NCBI GenBank assembly: GCA_016789175.1
Contig: JAEURK010000008.1
Span: forward strand, 1-63,240
Length of the DNA: 63,240 nucleotides
From: Anaerolineales bacterium
GTDB lineage: Bacteria > Chloroflexota > Anaerolineae > Anaerolineales > UBA6663
Direction: 5' to 3'
Shown here in pieces: positions 8,514 to 16,868 of this stretch (position 1 is its first letter; each line of letters starts with the position of its first letter). A program made the translations under genes and the position numbers. The notes beneath the pieces were generated by a model. That model saw nothing but the letters and a program-made list of their open reading frames with translations. It was not told the origin of the DNA and made no database searches.

Positions 8514-9578
8514 TTAATCCAACTCCCGGGCGAGGCGGGCCAGATAATCGGGGCCCAGGCCGGCGATGTAGTCGGCCATCAATCGGCCGGCGGTGTATAC
8601 GTCTTGCGGATGAACCACCTCGACCGGTGTGTGCATGTTGCGCAACGGCACGCCCAACAAGCCGCAGGGCACACCCTCGCGTGCGATCTGGATCGCACGC
8701 GCATCGGTGCCCGAATGCGCCGCCACCGGCTCTGACTGATACGAGAACCCGCCGCGCTCGGCGCAGTCGACCAGATGCTTGTACACCACCGGGTGCAGGT
8801 TCGGGCCAAACGCGATGGTCGGGCCCTTGCCAAGCTCGTAACAGCGATCTGCGAAGTCACGCACCGCCGGGCCGCTGCCGAACGTCACGTCGATGGCGAT
8901 CGCAAGCTGCGGCGCCAGCGCATAGGCCGAGGTCAAAGCGCCGTGCAGCCCGACCTCCTCTTGGGTGGTCGCTACAGCGAGCACGTCCCAGTCGTGAGCC
9001 CGGCCGGCCAGCGCCTCGAGGCAGACCGTCACAGCGGCTACCGAGGCGCGGTTGTCGATGGCGGGCGACGCCAACAACCCGCCGTTGAGCGAAGCCTGGC
9101 CCTGCGCGAAGGACACGACGTCGCCGACCCGGACCTGGCGGGCCACTTCGGCGGCACTCAGGCCGAGATCGATCAACAGCTCATCGACCGTCACCACGCC
9201 GCCGCGCAGGCCGGCCGGCAGCAGAAAGTCGGATGGGGCGACGACCAGGCCAGGCAGGTCGCGCCGCCCGTGCACCGTCACCGGCTGGCCCGGCATCACG
9301 CGCGCATCGATCCCGCCGATCGGCGAGACGCGCAGGAATTCGCCCTGCACCGACGCGACCATCAGGCCGATGTTGTCCATGTGGGCAGCGATCATCACCC
9401 GTGGCCGGAGCTTGCGCCCGCGTCCGCGCTTGAGCGCCGTCAAGGAGCCGAGCGCGCCGACCTGGACCTCGTCGGCCAGGTCCGCCCAGGCCGACGCGAT
9501 CACCTCGCGGATGGGACGCTCGTGCCCGCTCAGCCCGGGCGTGGCGCACAGGGTTTTGAGATGCGCAATCAGGTCCAT
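8514..9578 (-). CDS. M42 family aminopeptidase, paralogue 3
   Basis: Motifs AAHMDNIGL, AIDNRAS, TQEEVGLHGA and RNMHTPVE. The stop lies 3 nt before the start of paralogue 2. Confidence 0.85.
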   Translation of the reverse strand: MDLIAHLKTLCATPGLSGHERPIREVIASAWADLADEVQVGALGSLTALKRGRGRKLRPRVMIAAHMDNIGLMVASVQGEFLRVSPIGGIDARVMPGQPVTVHGRRDLPGLVVAPSDFLLPAGLRGGVVTVDELLIDLGLSAAEVARQVRVGDVVSFAQGQASLNGGLLASPAIDNRASVAAVTVCLEALAGRAHDWDVLAVATTQEEVGLHGALTSAYALAPQLAIAIDVTFGSGPAVRDFADRCYELGKGPTIAFGPNLHPVVYKHLVDCAERGGFSYQSEPVAAHSGTDARAIQIAREGVPCGLLGVPLRNMHTPVEVVHPQDVYTAGRLMADYIAGLGPDYLARLARELD

Positions 9579-9601
9579 GCGTGACTTTCGTGTGAGCCGC
9601 T

Positions 9602-10168
9602 TCAGGGAGTCGTGGTCGAGGTCTCGGTTGCCGTCGGCGTCGCAGTGGCGGCGGCCGTCGTCGCCGTCGGCGTCGCCGTCGCTGGCACCGTGGTCGCGGT
9701 GGCAGTCGGCGTCGGGAGGGGCAGCGTCGCCGTAGCCGTCAACGTTGCCGGCGCCAGGGTCGCTGTCGGCGAGGCGGTCGGCGTCAACGTCACAAGGACT
9801 GTCGGCGTGATAGTGGGTGTCATCGAGGCCGTGGGCGTGGCCGAGCCGGTCGGTGTCAACGTCGTCGTGCGGGTGGGAGGCACAAACTGCGTCGGTGTTG
9901 CGGGTAGCGTAGCCGTGATGGTACCCGGCGTGCCGACCACGATCGGCGTTGGAACGCCTACTGTTACCGAGGGCACCAGCGTCGCCAGGGCCGTCAAAGT
10001 TGCCTCGATCGGCGAAAGCGTCGGCGTGCGCGGCTGATTGGGGTCAGGCGCGACCGACAGAGCTACGAAGCCGAGGCAATAAAACGGCAACGTGAAAAGG
10101 ATTATGCCCGTCAACACACTGTATGTGCGCTGCCGGGCGCGGTCGGCTGGGGTTCGTTCCAGGGTCAT
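9602..10168 (-). CDS. membrane-anchored Thr/Pro/Ala-rich low-complexity protein
   Basis: Trimmed to the ATG at 10168 (MTLERTP). It has one TM helix (VLTGIILFTLPFYCLGFVALSV) followed by ~130 aa of TPT/ATP repeats. It heads the minus-strand M42 gene string. Confidence 0.55.
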   Translation of the reverse strand: MTLERTPADRARQRTYSVLTGIILFTLPFYCLGFVALSVAPDPNQPRTPTLSPIEATLTALATLVPSVTVGVPTPIVVGTPGTITATLPATPTQFVPPTRTTTLTPTGSATPTASMTPTITPTVLVTLTPTASPTATLAPATLTATATLPLPTPTATATTVPATATPTATTAAATATPTATETSTTTP

Positions 10169-10483
10169 GGTGCTTGGGGGATGATAGCACATGCGGCGTG
10201 GAGCGCTTGGCGCTTGAGTGGGGTGCGCACGGACGCGTTGTCAGGCCCATATTCTGGCCGCGGATTGCGCGGAAAGTCGCGGGACCGTAGCCGGCAGGGC
10301 TCCCGTTGTACGTATCCGCAAAACCCGGAGATCCACGGCAAAAAGGGCCGCTGACAACTCGGGCAGACATGCGGCGGGGGCGTATGGCAAACGCTTCCGC
10401 GCCAAGGTGGGGTAGCACTGGCTCTTCGCCCCCGCTCCCTGCTCCACAGGCGCGTCTCACACGAACCGGGTTAGAATTCCGAC

Positions 10484-12835
10484 ATGAGCCGTCTCCGTCT
10501 CGAAGAGGGCTGGACGACCGTGTGGCTTCTGGCGGCGCTGCAGGCGATTGCAGCGATGAGCATCCAGGCCGCCGGCTGGACCTTCGAGTTGTGGATCACA
10601 CCCGTAGCAGCCGTGATCGGCGTCCTGGCCGGCCTGGCGCTGGCCAAGAGCCGCTTTCACGGGGCGCTGGCGGCCGTCTTCGCGTTGATCTACGGCGCTT
10701 TCACAGTCGGGCAGCTGATCATCTCGACCTTCGGCGGGCCCTATCAGTACCGGATGCTCGTCCTCGTCATCCGGCTCAACAACTTCATCTATTACGCCCT
10801 CAACGGCGGGACGTCGCGCGATATCCTGCCTTTCACGTTCTTCCTTGGCCTGATCTTCTGGTCGCTGGCCGTACTCGGGGCCTGGTCGATCTTCCGCCAA
10901 CGGTCGGCCTGGCTCGCGATCCTGCCGGCCGGCGCGGCCCTGCTGGTCAACGCGTATTTCTACGTCGCCGGATCGCTGGATCTGCACCTGGCCGCTTACC
11001 TCGTGCTCTCCCTGCTGATCCTGGCGCGGCTGGCCCTGGTGGGGCACGAGCGCGGCTGGCGCGAACGCCGACTGCAGGTCCCGGCCGAAGCCCGCCCGGA
11101 GTTCCTGCGCGCCGGATTGACGACGGCGCTGGTGATCGTCGGCGTGGCGTGGGCGCTGCAGTGGCTGACCCCGACCATCCCGGCCCCGCAGGCCGTGGCC
11201 GCCTGGAACAGCGTCAATGGCTCGTTCTCGACCGTGCGCGAGAACTTCGAGCGCCTATTCAACGCCGTCCGCAATCCGGGCTATCGGGCCGACGACTTCT
11301 ACGGCGACTCGCTGTCGCTTGGGCGCTCGACCGGCCTCACCGACCGCGAGATGTTCGTCGCCCAGGTCGTGCCGGTCGACGCCCAGGCCGAAAACGACGA
11401 AGCCACACTGGCGCCGGTCGCGCGTTTGTATTGGCGATCCATCACGTACCAAACGTATAGTGGGAGCTGGACGCTCAGCGACCAGCTCGAGTTTCGCGAC
11501 ATCGACGACACCCGGGCCGGGACGCTGCCCTTGCCGGCCTACCGGTTGCGTCGCGACATGGCCGTGGTCATCACGACCACGACTGAATCGACCAGCAAGT
11601 TATTCGTGCTACCCCAGCCGCAGGCGGTCGATCGCGACACGTCGTGGCAGGTCGGCCTGACGCCGGCCGGGCAGGTCGACCCGGTGTCGGTGCGTGCGTT
11701 GACCATGCTGCAGGGTGAAGACCGCACCTACCGGGTGGTGTCGTCGGTTTCGATCGCCGATGCCCCCAGCCTCCGCTCCGCCAGCCGCGAGTATCCATCC
11801 TGGATCAGCGCAACTTATCTGCAGCTGCCCGCCACCGTAACCACCCGCACCCGCGATCTTGCCCGGCAGATCGTGGCCGAGGCCGGCGCCATCAACGTCT
11901 ATGACCAGACGCAGGCGATCACCAGCTGGCTGCGCAAGAACATCACCTATGACCTGGGCATCGACCCGCCCCCCGAGGGTTCCGAGCCGGTCGACCACTT
12001 CCTGTTCGAAAGCCAGCGGGGCTACTGCAACTACTACGCGACGGCCGAGGTGGTGCTGCTCCGCTCGCTCGGCATCCCGGCGCGGATGTCGGTTGGATTC
12101 ACCCAGGGGCGGATCGACCCCAAGACCGGCGAGTATCGCGTCATTGAGCGCAATGCGCACGCCTGGCCGGAGGTGTACTTCCCGGAATTCGGCTGGATCG
12201 AGTTCGAGCCGACCGCATCCGAACCGGAGTTGAACCGCCCGGAGCGCGAGACCGAGCCACCGATCGGCGCTTCGGTCTCGCCGATCCCGACTCCGCCCTT
12301 TTCACCGCTGACCGATGAGCTCGAGGAGCCGACGACCGCGGCAGCGGATCGTCAGGCGATCAACGTCGTAGCCGTGATCGCTCAGGCCGGTCAGGTGCTT
12401 GGGATCGCCCTGGTGATCATCGTTGCCCTGGCCCTGCTCGGGGTGTTCGCGCTCTTCCGGCTCGGCCTGATCGGCCTGGACGGGCTCGGCGTCCCAGGCC
12501 GCCAGGTGATGCGTCTGCTGGGCCAGGCGGTGCCCGGACCGATCGCACAGGCCTATCTCGAGCTCGAGCGCGCCGGTCGCTGGCTGGAAGCGCCTGTGCC
12601 GGCCAACGCCACGCCCCGCGAGCGAGCAGCGGCGGTGGGTGTGCGGCTGCCTGACGTCCAGGACGAAGCCCGTCTGATTGCGTCCCAATACATGACCCAG
12701 CAGTACAGTCGCCGGCCCGAGCAGGCCAGCGGCGGTGTGGCCCAGGCCGCCTGGCAACGAATGCGCGGGCTCGTCTGGCGCACCGGCGCCCGGCGACGCT
12801 GGGAAGCGTTCCGACAGCGCTGGATACCGCTGTGA
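10484..12835 (+). CDS. transglutaminase-like multi-pass membrane protein (TgpA-like)
   Basis: 783 aa. Several N-terminal TM helices and a transglutaminase Cys-His-Asp core (GYCNYYA ... AHAWPEVY ... WIEFEPT), then a late TM helix and tail. TAGAAT (10472-10477) lies 6 nt upstream of the ATG. Confidence 0.85.
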   Translation: MSRLRLEEGWTTVWLLAALQAIAAMSIQAAGWTFELWITPVAAVIGVLAGLALAKSRFHGALAAVFALIYGAFTVGQLIISTFGGPYQYRMLVLVIRLNNFIYYALNGGTSRDILPFTFFLGLIFWSLAVLGAWSIFRQRSAWLAILPAGAALLVNAYFYVAGSLDLHLAAYLVLSLLILARLALVGHERGWRERRLQVPAEARPEFLRAGLTTALVIVGVAWALQWLTPTIPAPQAVAAWNSVNGSFSTVRENFERLFNAVRNPGYRADDFYGDSLSLGRSTGLTDREMFVAQVVPVDAQAENDEATLAPVARLYWRSITYQTYSGSWTLSDQLEFRDIDDTRAGTLPLPAYRLRRDMAVVITTTTESTSKLFVLPQPQAVDRDTSWQVGLTPAGQVDPVSVRALTMLQGEDRTYRVVSSVSIADAPSLRSASREYPSWISATYLQLPATVTTRTRDLARQIVAEAGAINVYDQTQAITSWLRKNITYDLGIDPPPEGSEPVDHFLFESQRGYCNYYATAEVVLLRSLGIPARMSVGFTQGRIDPKTGEYRVIERNAHAWPEVYFPEFGWIEFEPTASEPELNRPERETEPPIGASVSPIPTPPFSPLTDELEEPTTAAADRQAINVVAVIAQAGQVLGIALVIIVALALLGVFALFRLGLIGLDGLGVPGRQVMRLLGQAVPGPIAQAYLELERAGRWLEAPVPANATPRERAAAVGVRLPDVQDEARLIASQYMTQQYSRRPEQASGGVAQAAWQRMRGLVWRTGARRRWEAFRQRWIPL

Positions 12836-12862
12836 GATTGCTGATTGATGCTTGTTGATCGG
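12836..12862. repeat. single-arm AT-rich heptamer tract (GATTGCT GATTGAT GCTTGTT GATCGG)
   Basis: 7-nt periodic tract directly after the transglutaminase stop. It uses the same motif as the 5623 and 15821 hairpins, but I see no convincing inverted arm. Confidence 0.4.
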
Positions 12863-12874
12863 TGCAAGCCTTTT

Positions 12875-13315
12875 ATGATGACCCCATCCTCAGACTATCG
12901 CCTCACGGTTGAAGACCACGCGAACCCCGAGGCCGAGCGCGTCGTTCAGCGTGGGCTGGAGCAGTTCAACAACCGGTTCGCGCCGGCCGATGACTACCGC
13001 CCGCTCAACGTGTATCTGCGCGACGAATCCGGAACGATCCGTGGCGGTGCGCTGGGCGAGACATACTGGGGTTGGCTGCATGTCAGCATCCTGTGGGTCG
13101 ACGAGGCCTTGCGCGGCGCAGGCCATGGCTCGCGTCTGCTGGCCGAAGCCGAAGCCGAAGCCCGCCGCCGCGGCTGCCGCCACGTGCATCTCGACACGCT
13201 CAGCTTCCAGGCCCTGCCCTTCTATCAGCGGCTCGGTTACACGCTCTTCGGCACGCTCGACGATCTCCCGGAAGGGCATCAACGCTTCTTCCTCCAGAAG
13301 CGCCTGTCACCCTGA
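12875..13315 (+). CDS. GNAT family N-acetyltransferase
   Basis: GNAT core WVDEALRGAGHGSRLLAEAEAEARRRGC ... FYQRLGY. The start is placed at ATG 12875 (MMTPSS); ATG 12848 is also possible. Confidence 0.8.
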   Translation: MMTPSSDYRLTVEDHANPEAERVVQRGLEQFNNRFAPADDYRPLNVYLRDESGTIRGGALGETYWGWLHVSILWVDEALRGAGHGSRLLAEAEAEARRRGCRHVHLDTLSFQALPFYQRLGYTLFGTLDDLPEGHQRFFLQKRLSP

Positions 13316-13344
13316 ACGCTTCGCCCTGCGCTCCTCGCCCTTCA

Positions 13345-13375
13345 CCCCTCCCTCCTCCCTCCTCTCTCCTCCCTC
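13345..13375. repeat. polypyrimidine heptamer tract (CCCCTCC CTCCTCC CTCCTCT CTCCTCC CTC), single arm
   Basis: 31-nt C/T-only tract between the GNAT stop and the mutS2 start. It is the complement of the GGGAGGA motif used in the 32615, 33982 and 56746 hairpins. Confidence 0.6.
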
Positions 13376-13411
13376 GTACCCGTCGCCTCGTGTTGTAGAA
13401 TCCCTTCTGCC

Positions 13412-15820
13412 ATGGATACCAAATCACTCGCTCTGCTCGAGCTCCCGAAAGTCCTCGAGCGCCTGAGCGTCTTTGCATCGTTCTCGGCCGGCATCGACCT
13501 GTGCCGGGCCCTGCGCCCGACCGACGACGTCGAGACCGCGCGGCTCTGGCAGGAGACGACTACCGAAGCGCGCAAGCTGCTCAATGTCAAAACCGACGTC
13601 ACCCTCGGCGGGTCGCGCGATGTGCGCGCCGCCGCCGGACTGGCGGCGCGCCGGGGTACGCTCGACCCGACCACCTTGCTCGACCTCAAGAACACGCTGA
13701 TCGCGGCCCGGACGCTCAAACGCAACCTGGCGCGCCAGGAGACCGTCTTCCCGCGCCTGACGGCCATCAGCCTGCGCCTGTTCGAGATCCCGGGCCTGAT
13801 CGAGCAGATCAGCCGCACGATCGACGAGCGCGGCGAAGTGCTCGACTCGGCCTCGCCCAAACTCGGCGACCTGCGCCGCCAGATCAAGGTCGCGCACGAC
13901 CGCCTGCTATCCCGGCTCGACCGGTTGGTCAACGATCCGCGCCTATCGACTTATCTGCAAGAGGCGATCATCACCCAGCGCGACGGCCGCTACGTCGTGC
14001 CGGTCAAGGCCGACTTCAAGGGCCGGCTGCGCGGCGTCGTGCACGATCAGTCGGCGTCAGGCGCTACATACTTCGTCGAGCCGCTGGCGACGGTCGAACT
14101 CAACAACGAGCTGCGCGAGCTGCGGCTGTCCGAGGCCGAGGAGATCCGGCGCATCCTGGCCGAGCTCTCAGCCATCGTCGGTGAACAGTCCGACGCCATC
14201 ATCGCCACGGTCGATGCGCTGGCGGAGCTGGACCTGGCCTTCGCGCGCGCGAAGTACGCGGACGCCACCCGCGCCCACGCCCCGATCCTTCACGCCCCCA
14301 GGAGCGGTCTGGACGCTTATCCGACCCTCCGGCTGCTGCGCGCCCGCCATCCGCTGCTCGACCCCGCGACCGTGGTCGCCATCGACGTCGACTTCGGCGA
14401 GCAAACCCGGGCACTGGTGATCACGGGCCCGAACACCGGCGGCAAGACCGTGTCGCTCAAGACCGTCGGCCTGCTGGTGCTGATGGCGCAGTGCGGCCTG
14501 CACCTCCCGGCCGCCTCGGGCAGCGAGTTGACGATCTTCAGAAACGTCTTCGCCGACATCGGCGACGAGCAGTCGATCGAGCAATCGCTCTCGACCTTCT
14601 CGGCCCACATCACCAACATCACGCGCATCCTGCAGGGCGTGGACGAGAGCGCGCTGGTGATCTTTGACGAGCTCGGCTCGGGCACCGATCCGGGCGAGGG
14701 CTCGGCCCTGGCGCGCGCGATCCTGTCCTACCTGCTCGACCTCGGCGCGGCGGCCATGATCGCCACCCACTACCCCGAGTTGAAGGGCTACGCCAACAGC
14801 CGGCCGGGCGTCAAGAACGCGTCGGTCGAGTTCGACCCGCAGACGCTGGCCCCGACCTATCACCTGACGATCGGCCTGCCCGGCCGCTCGAACGCGTTCG
14901 CGATCGCCGGTCGGCTGGGCCTGAACCCGACGATCATCGCGGACGCGCGCACGATGGTCGGCCAGGCCGACCTGCACGCGGAGGCTTTGCTCGAGGAGCT
15001 CTTCCAACAGCGCGAGGTCGTCGCCCGCGAGCGCGAACGGCTCGAAGGGCTGCGCGAAGCCGCCGAAGAGCGCGAAGCCGCGCTCGAGAAGCGGCTCGAG
15101 AAGATCGAGGTCGAGCGCCGCAAGATTCTGGATCAGGCCCGGGCCGACGCCCGGCGCGAGTTGGCCGAGATCCGCGAGGAGGCCGAGCGCCTGCGCCGGC
15201 GCCTCGAGAAGGCCGAGTCGGCGTCAGCCGCCGAGCAAGCGACCCGGGAGGTCGAGCACGTCATCGATGCGGCCGAACGCGCGGCCGAGCCCGTCAGCGT
15301 GCCGCCTGCCCCACTCGCCCCGCCGCGCACGCCGTCCGGCAAGACGCGGGCCGTCAAGCTGGGCGACACCGTCAAGCTGCGCAGCCTCAACACGATCGGC
15401 ACGGTTACGGCCCTGAGCGCCAGCGAGGCTGAGGTCAAGGTCGGTCGGTTGCGCGTCCGCGCCAAGCTGGAGGAGATCGAGCTGCGCGCGGAGACCGCCG
15501 AGGGCGGCGCACAGGCCGGCGAGGTCGAACCGGAACCCCGGTCCTCTGGCCGCAGTCAGCGGGCCGCCCCCGTCGTCTCGATGGAGATCGACATCCGCGG
15601 CAAAACGGTCGAGGAGGCCTTGCCCGAGCTCGAGGCTTACATCGACGAGGCCTACCTGGCCGAATTGCCCTTCGCGCGCATCATCCATGGCAAGGGCACC
15701 GGCAAGCTGCGCCAGGCCGTGCGTGAGATGCTCCGCTCCAACCCCCAGATCCGCAGCCAGGCCTCCGGCACCGAGGAGGAAGGCGGGGATGGGGTCACGG
15801 TCGTGCGGTTCACACACTGA
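13412..15820 (+). CDS. mutS2: endonuclease MutS2 (MutS domain plus C-terminal Smr)
   Basis: 802 aa. Walker A GPNTGGKT, a long coiled-coil linker and a C-terminal Smr domain (IDIRGKTVEEA ... IIHGKGTGKLR). Confidence 0.95.
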   Translation: MDTKSLALLELPKVLERLSVFASFSAGIDLCRALRPTDDVETARLWQETTTEARKLLNVKTDVTLGGSRDVRAAAGLAARRGTLDPTTLLDLKNTLIAARTLKRNLARQETVFPRLTAISLRLFEIPGLIEQISRTIDERGEVLDSASPKLGDLRRQIKVAHDRLLSRLDRLVNDPRLSTYLQEAIITQRDGRYVVPVKADFKGRLRGVVHDQSASGATYFVEPLATVELNNELRELRLSEAEEIRRILAELSAIVGEQSDAIIATVDALAELDLAFARAKYADATRAHAPILHAPRSGLDAYPTLRLLRARHPLLDPATVVAIDVDFGEQTRALVITGPNTGGKTVSLKTVGLLVLMAQCGLHLPAASGSELTIFRNVFADIGDEQSIEQSLSTFSAHITNITRILQGVDESALVIFDELGSGTDPGEGSALARAILSYLLDLGAAAMIATHYPELKGYANSRPGVKNASVEFDPQTLAPTYHLTIGLPGRSNAFAIAGRLGLNPTIIADARTMVGQADLHAEALLEELFQQREVVARERERLEGLREAAEEREAALEKRLEKIEVERRKILDQARADARRELAEIREEAERLRRRLEKAESASAAEQATREVEHVIDAAERAAEPVSVPPAPLAPPRTPSGKTRAVKLGDTVKLRSLNTIGTVTALSASEAEVKVGRLRVRAKLEEIELRAETAEGGAQAGEVEPEPRSSGRSQRAAPVVSMEIDIRGKTVEEALPELEAYIDEAYLAELPFARIIHGKGTGKLRQAVREMLRSNPQIRSQASGTEEEGGDGVTVVRFTH

Positions 15821-15875
15821 ATTGCTGATTGTTGATTGCTGATTGACACGCAATCAACAATCAACAATCCACAAT
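15821..15875. repeat. AT-rich heptamer-array hairpin (GATTGCT GATTGTT GATTGCT GATTG / CAATCAA CAATCAA CAATCCA CAAT)
   Basis: 25-position stem with 22 Watson-Crick pairs and a 5-nt loop. It starts at the base after the mutS2 stop, and its 3' arm ends 6 nt before the mutM ATG. Confidence 0.7.
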
Positions 15876-15881
15876 CTAGAC

Positions 15882-16742
15882 ATGCCCGAACTTCCCGAAC
15901 TCGATATCGTCTGCGAAGTGCTCGAACGGCGCGCGATCGGCTGGACCGTGGCCGGCGTCGAGATCGTGCAACCGGGCGGCGCGATCGTCGTGCGGGACCT
16001 GGCCGCCGCGAACACCGGCCCGCTGACCACGGCGGCGGTCGGGCTGCGACTCGAGTCGGTCCGACGGCGCGGCAAGTTCCTGGTGTTCGGTTTGCGCTCC
16101 GAGCCCGACTACCTGTTAGTGATCAACCCCAAACTGAGCGGCCGTCTGCAACTGGCGCAGCCCGGCGAAAAGCGTCGCAAGGACACGTGTCTGGTGCTGA
16201 CCCTGGCGGCGCCCGGCGGCGCCGAGGGCACGCTCGAGCTGCGCTACTTCGATCCCAAAACGATGGGCCAGATCTATGCCACCGGCGACCCGGCCCGCGT
16301 GCCCGACTACGCCGAGATGGGCCCGGAGGCGCTCGCGATCTCGCTCGAGGAATTCAAGCAGCGGCTGCGGCCGTTTCGGGGCGAGATCAAGGGCATCCTG
16401 ATCCGCAGCGCCTTCGTGGCCGGGATCGGCAACGCTTACGCCGACGAGATCCTGTGGGCTGCGCAGGTGCATCCCTACCGCAAACGCACGACCCTCGGCG
16501 CCGACGAGATCGCGCGGTTGCACGCGGCCATGCGCGCCACCCTGCTGGAAGCCCGCGACCTGGTGCGGGCCGAGATGGGCGACGCCATCCACCTCAAGCC
16601 GCGTGACTTCATGAAGGTGCATCTGCGGGCCGGCCAGGCCTGTCCGCGTTGCGGTAACGTCATCTCCGAGATCTCGGCCAATCAGCGCATCACGAGCTTT
16701 TGCCGGACGTGCCAGCCCGGCGGCCTGATCAAGGGGATGTGA
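15882..16742 (+). CDS. mutM: formamidopyrimidine-DNA glycosylase (Fpg/Nei family)
   Basis: Trimmed to ATG 15882 so that the protein begins MPELPE (catalytic Pro2/Glu3). C-terminal zinc finger CPRCG...CRTC. Confidence 0.85.
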   Translation: MPELPELDIVCEVLERRAIGWTVAGVEIVQPGGAIVVRDLAAANTGPLTTAAVGLRLESVRRRGKFLVFGLRSEPDYLLVINPKLSGRLQLAQPGEKRRKDTCLVLTLAAPGGAEGTLELRYFDPKTMGQIYATGDPARVPDYAEMGPEALAISLEEFKQRLRPFRGEIKGILIRSAFVAGIGNAYADEILWAAQVHPYRKRTTLGADEIARLHAAMRATLLEARDLVRAEMGDAIHLKPRDFMKVHLRAGQACPRCGNVISEISANQRITSFCRTCQPGGLIKGM

Positions 16743-16868
16743 CGGCCCATTTCGCCGGCGACGGATACCCCGTTTTCGGGCTGTTGACTGCTCGCCGGGC
16801 AGGTACACTGCCAGACAACGTGGCCCTGAGGGTCACGGCCACGCGCGTGACAGGTTGGATGGGGGGCA

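Noticed and set aside
7368-9584. 377-aa and 269-aa plus-strand ORFs opposite the M42 genes
   Set aside because: They are mirror-image ORFs with almost the same coordinates as the real genes, and they have Arg/Asp/Gly/His-rich low-information sequence.
9602-10168. Apparent DNA tandem repeat (ACC/GCC/GTC periodicity)
   Set aside because: The periodicity is the codon-level reflection of a Thr/Pro/Ala-rich low-complexity coding region, not an independent repeat element.
10306-11460. 384-aa plus-strand ORF overlapping the start of the transglutaminase-like gene in another frame
   Set aside because: It is Arg/Pro/Gly-rich and starts in the promoter region. The 10484 frame encodes coherent TM helices and the catalytic core.
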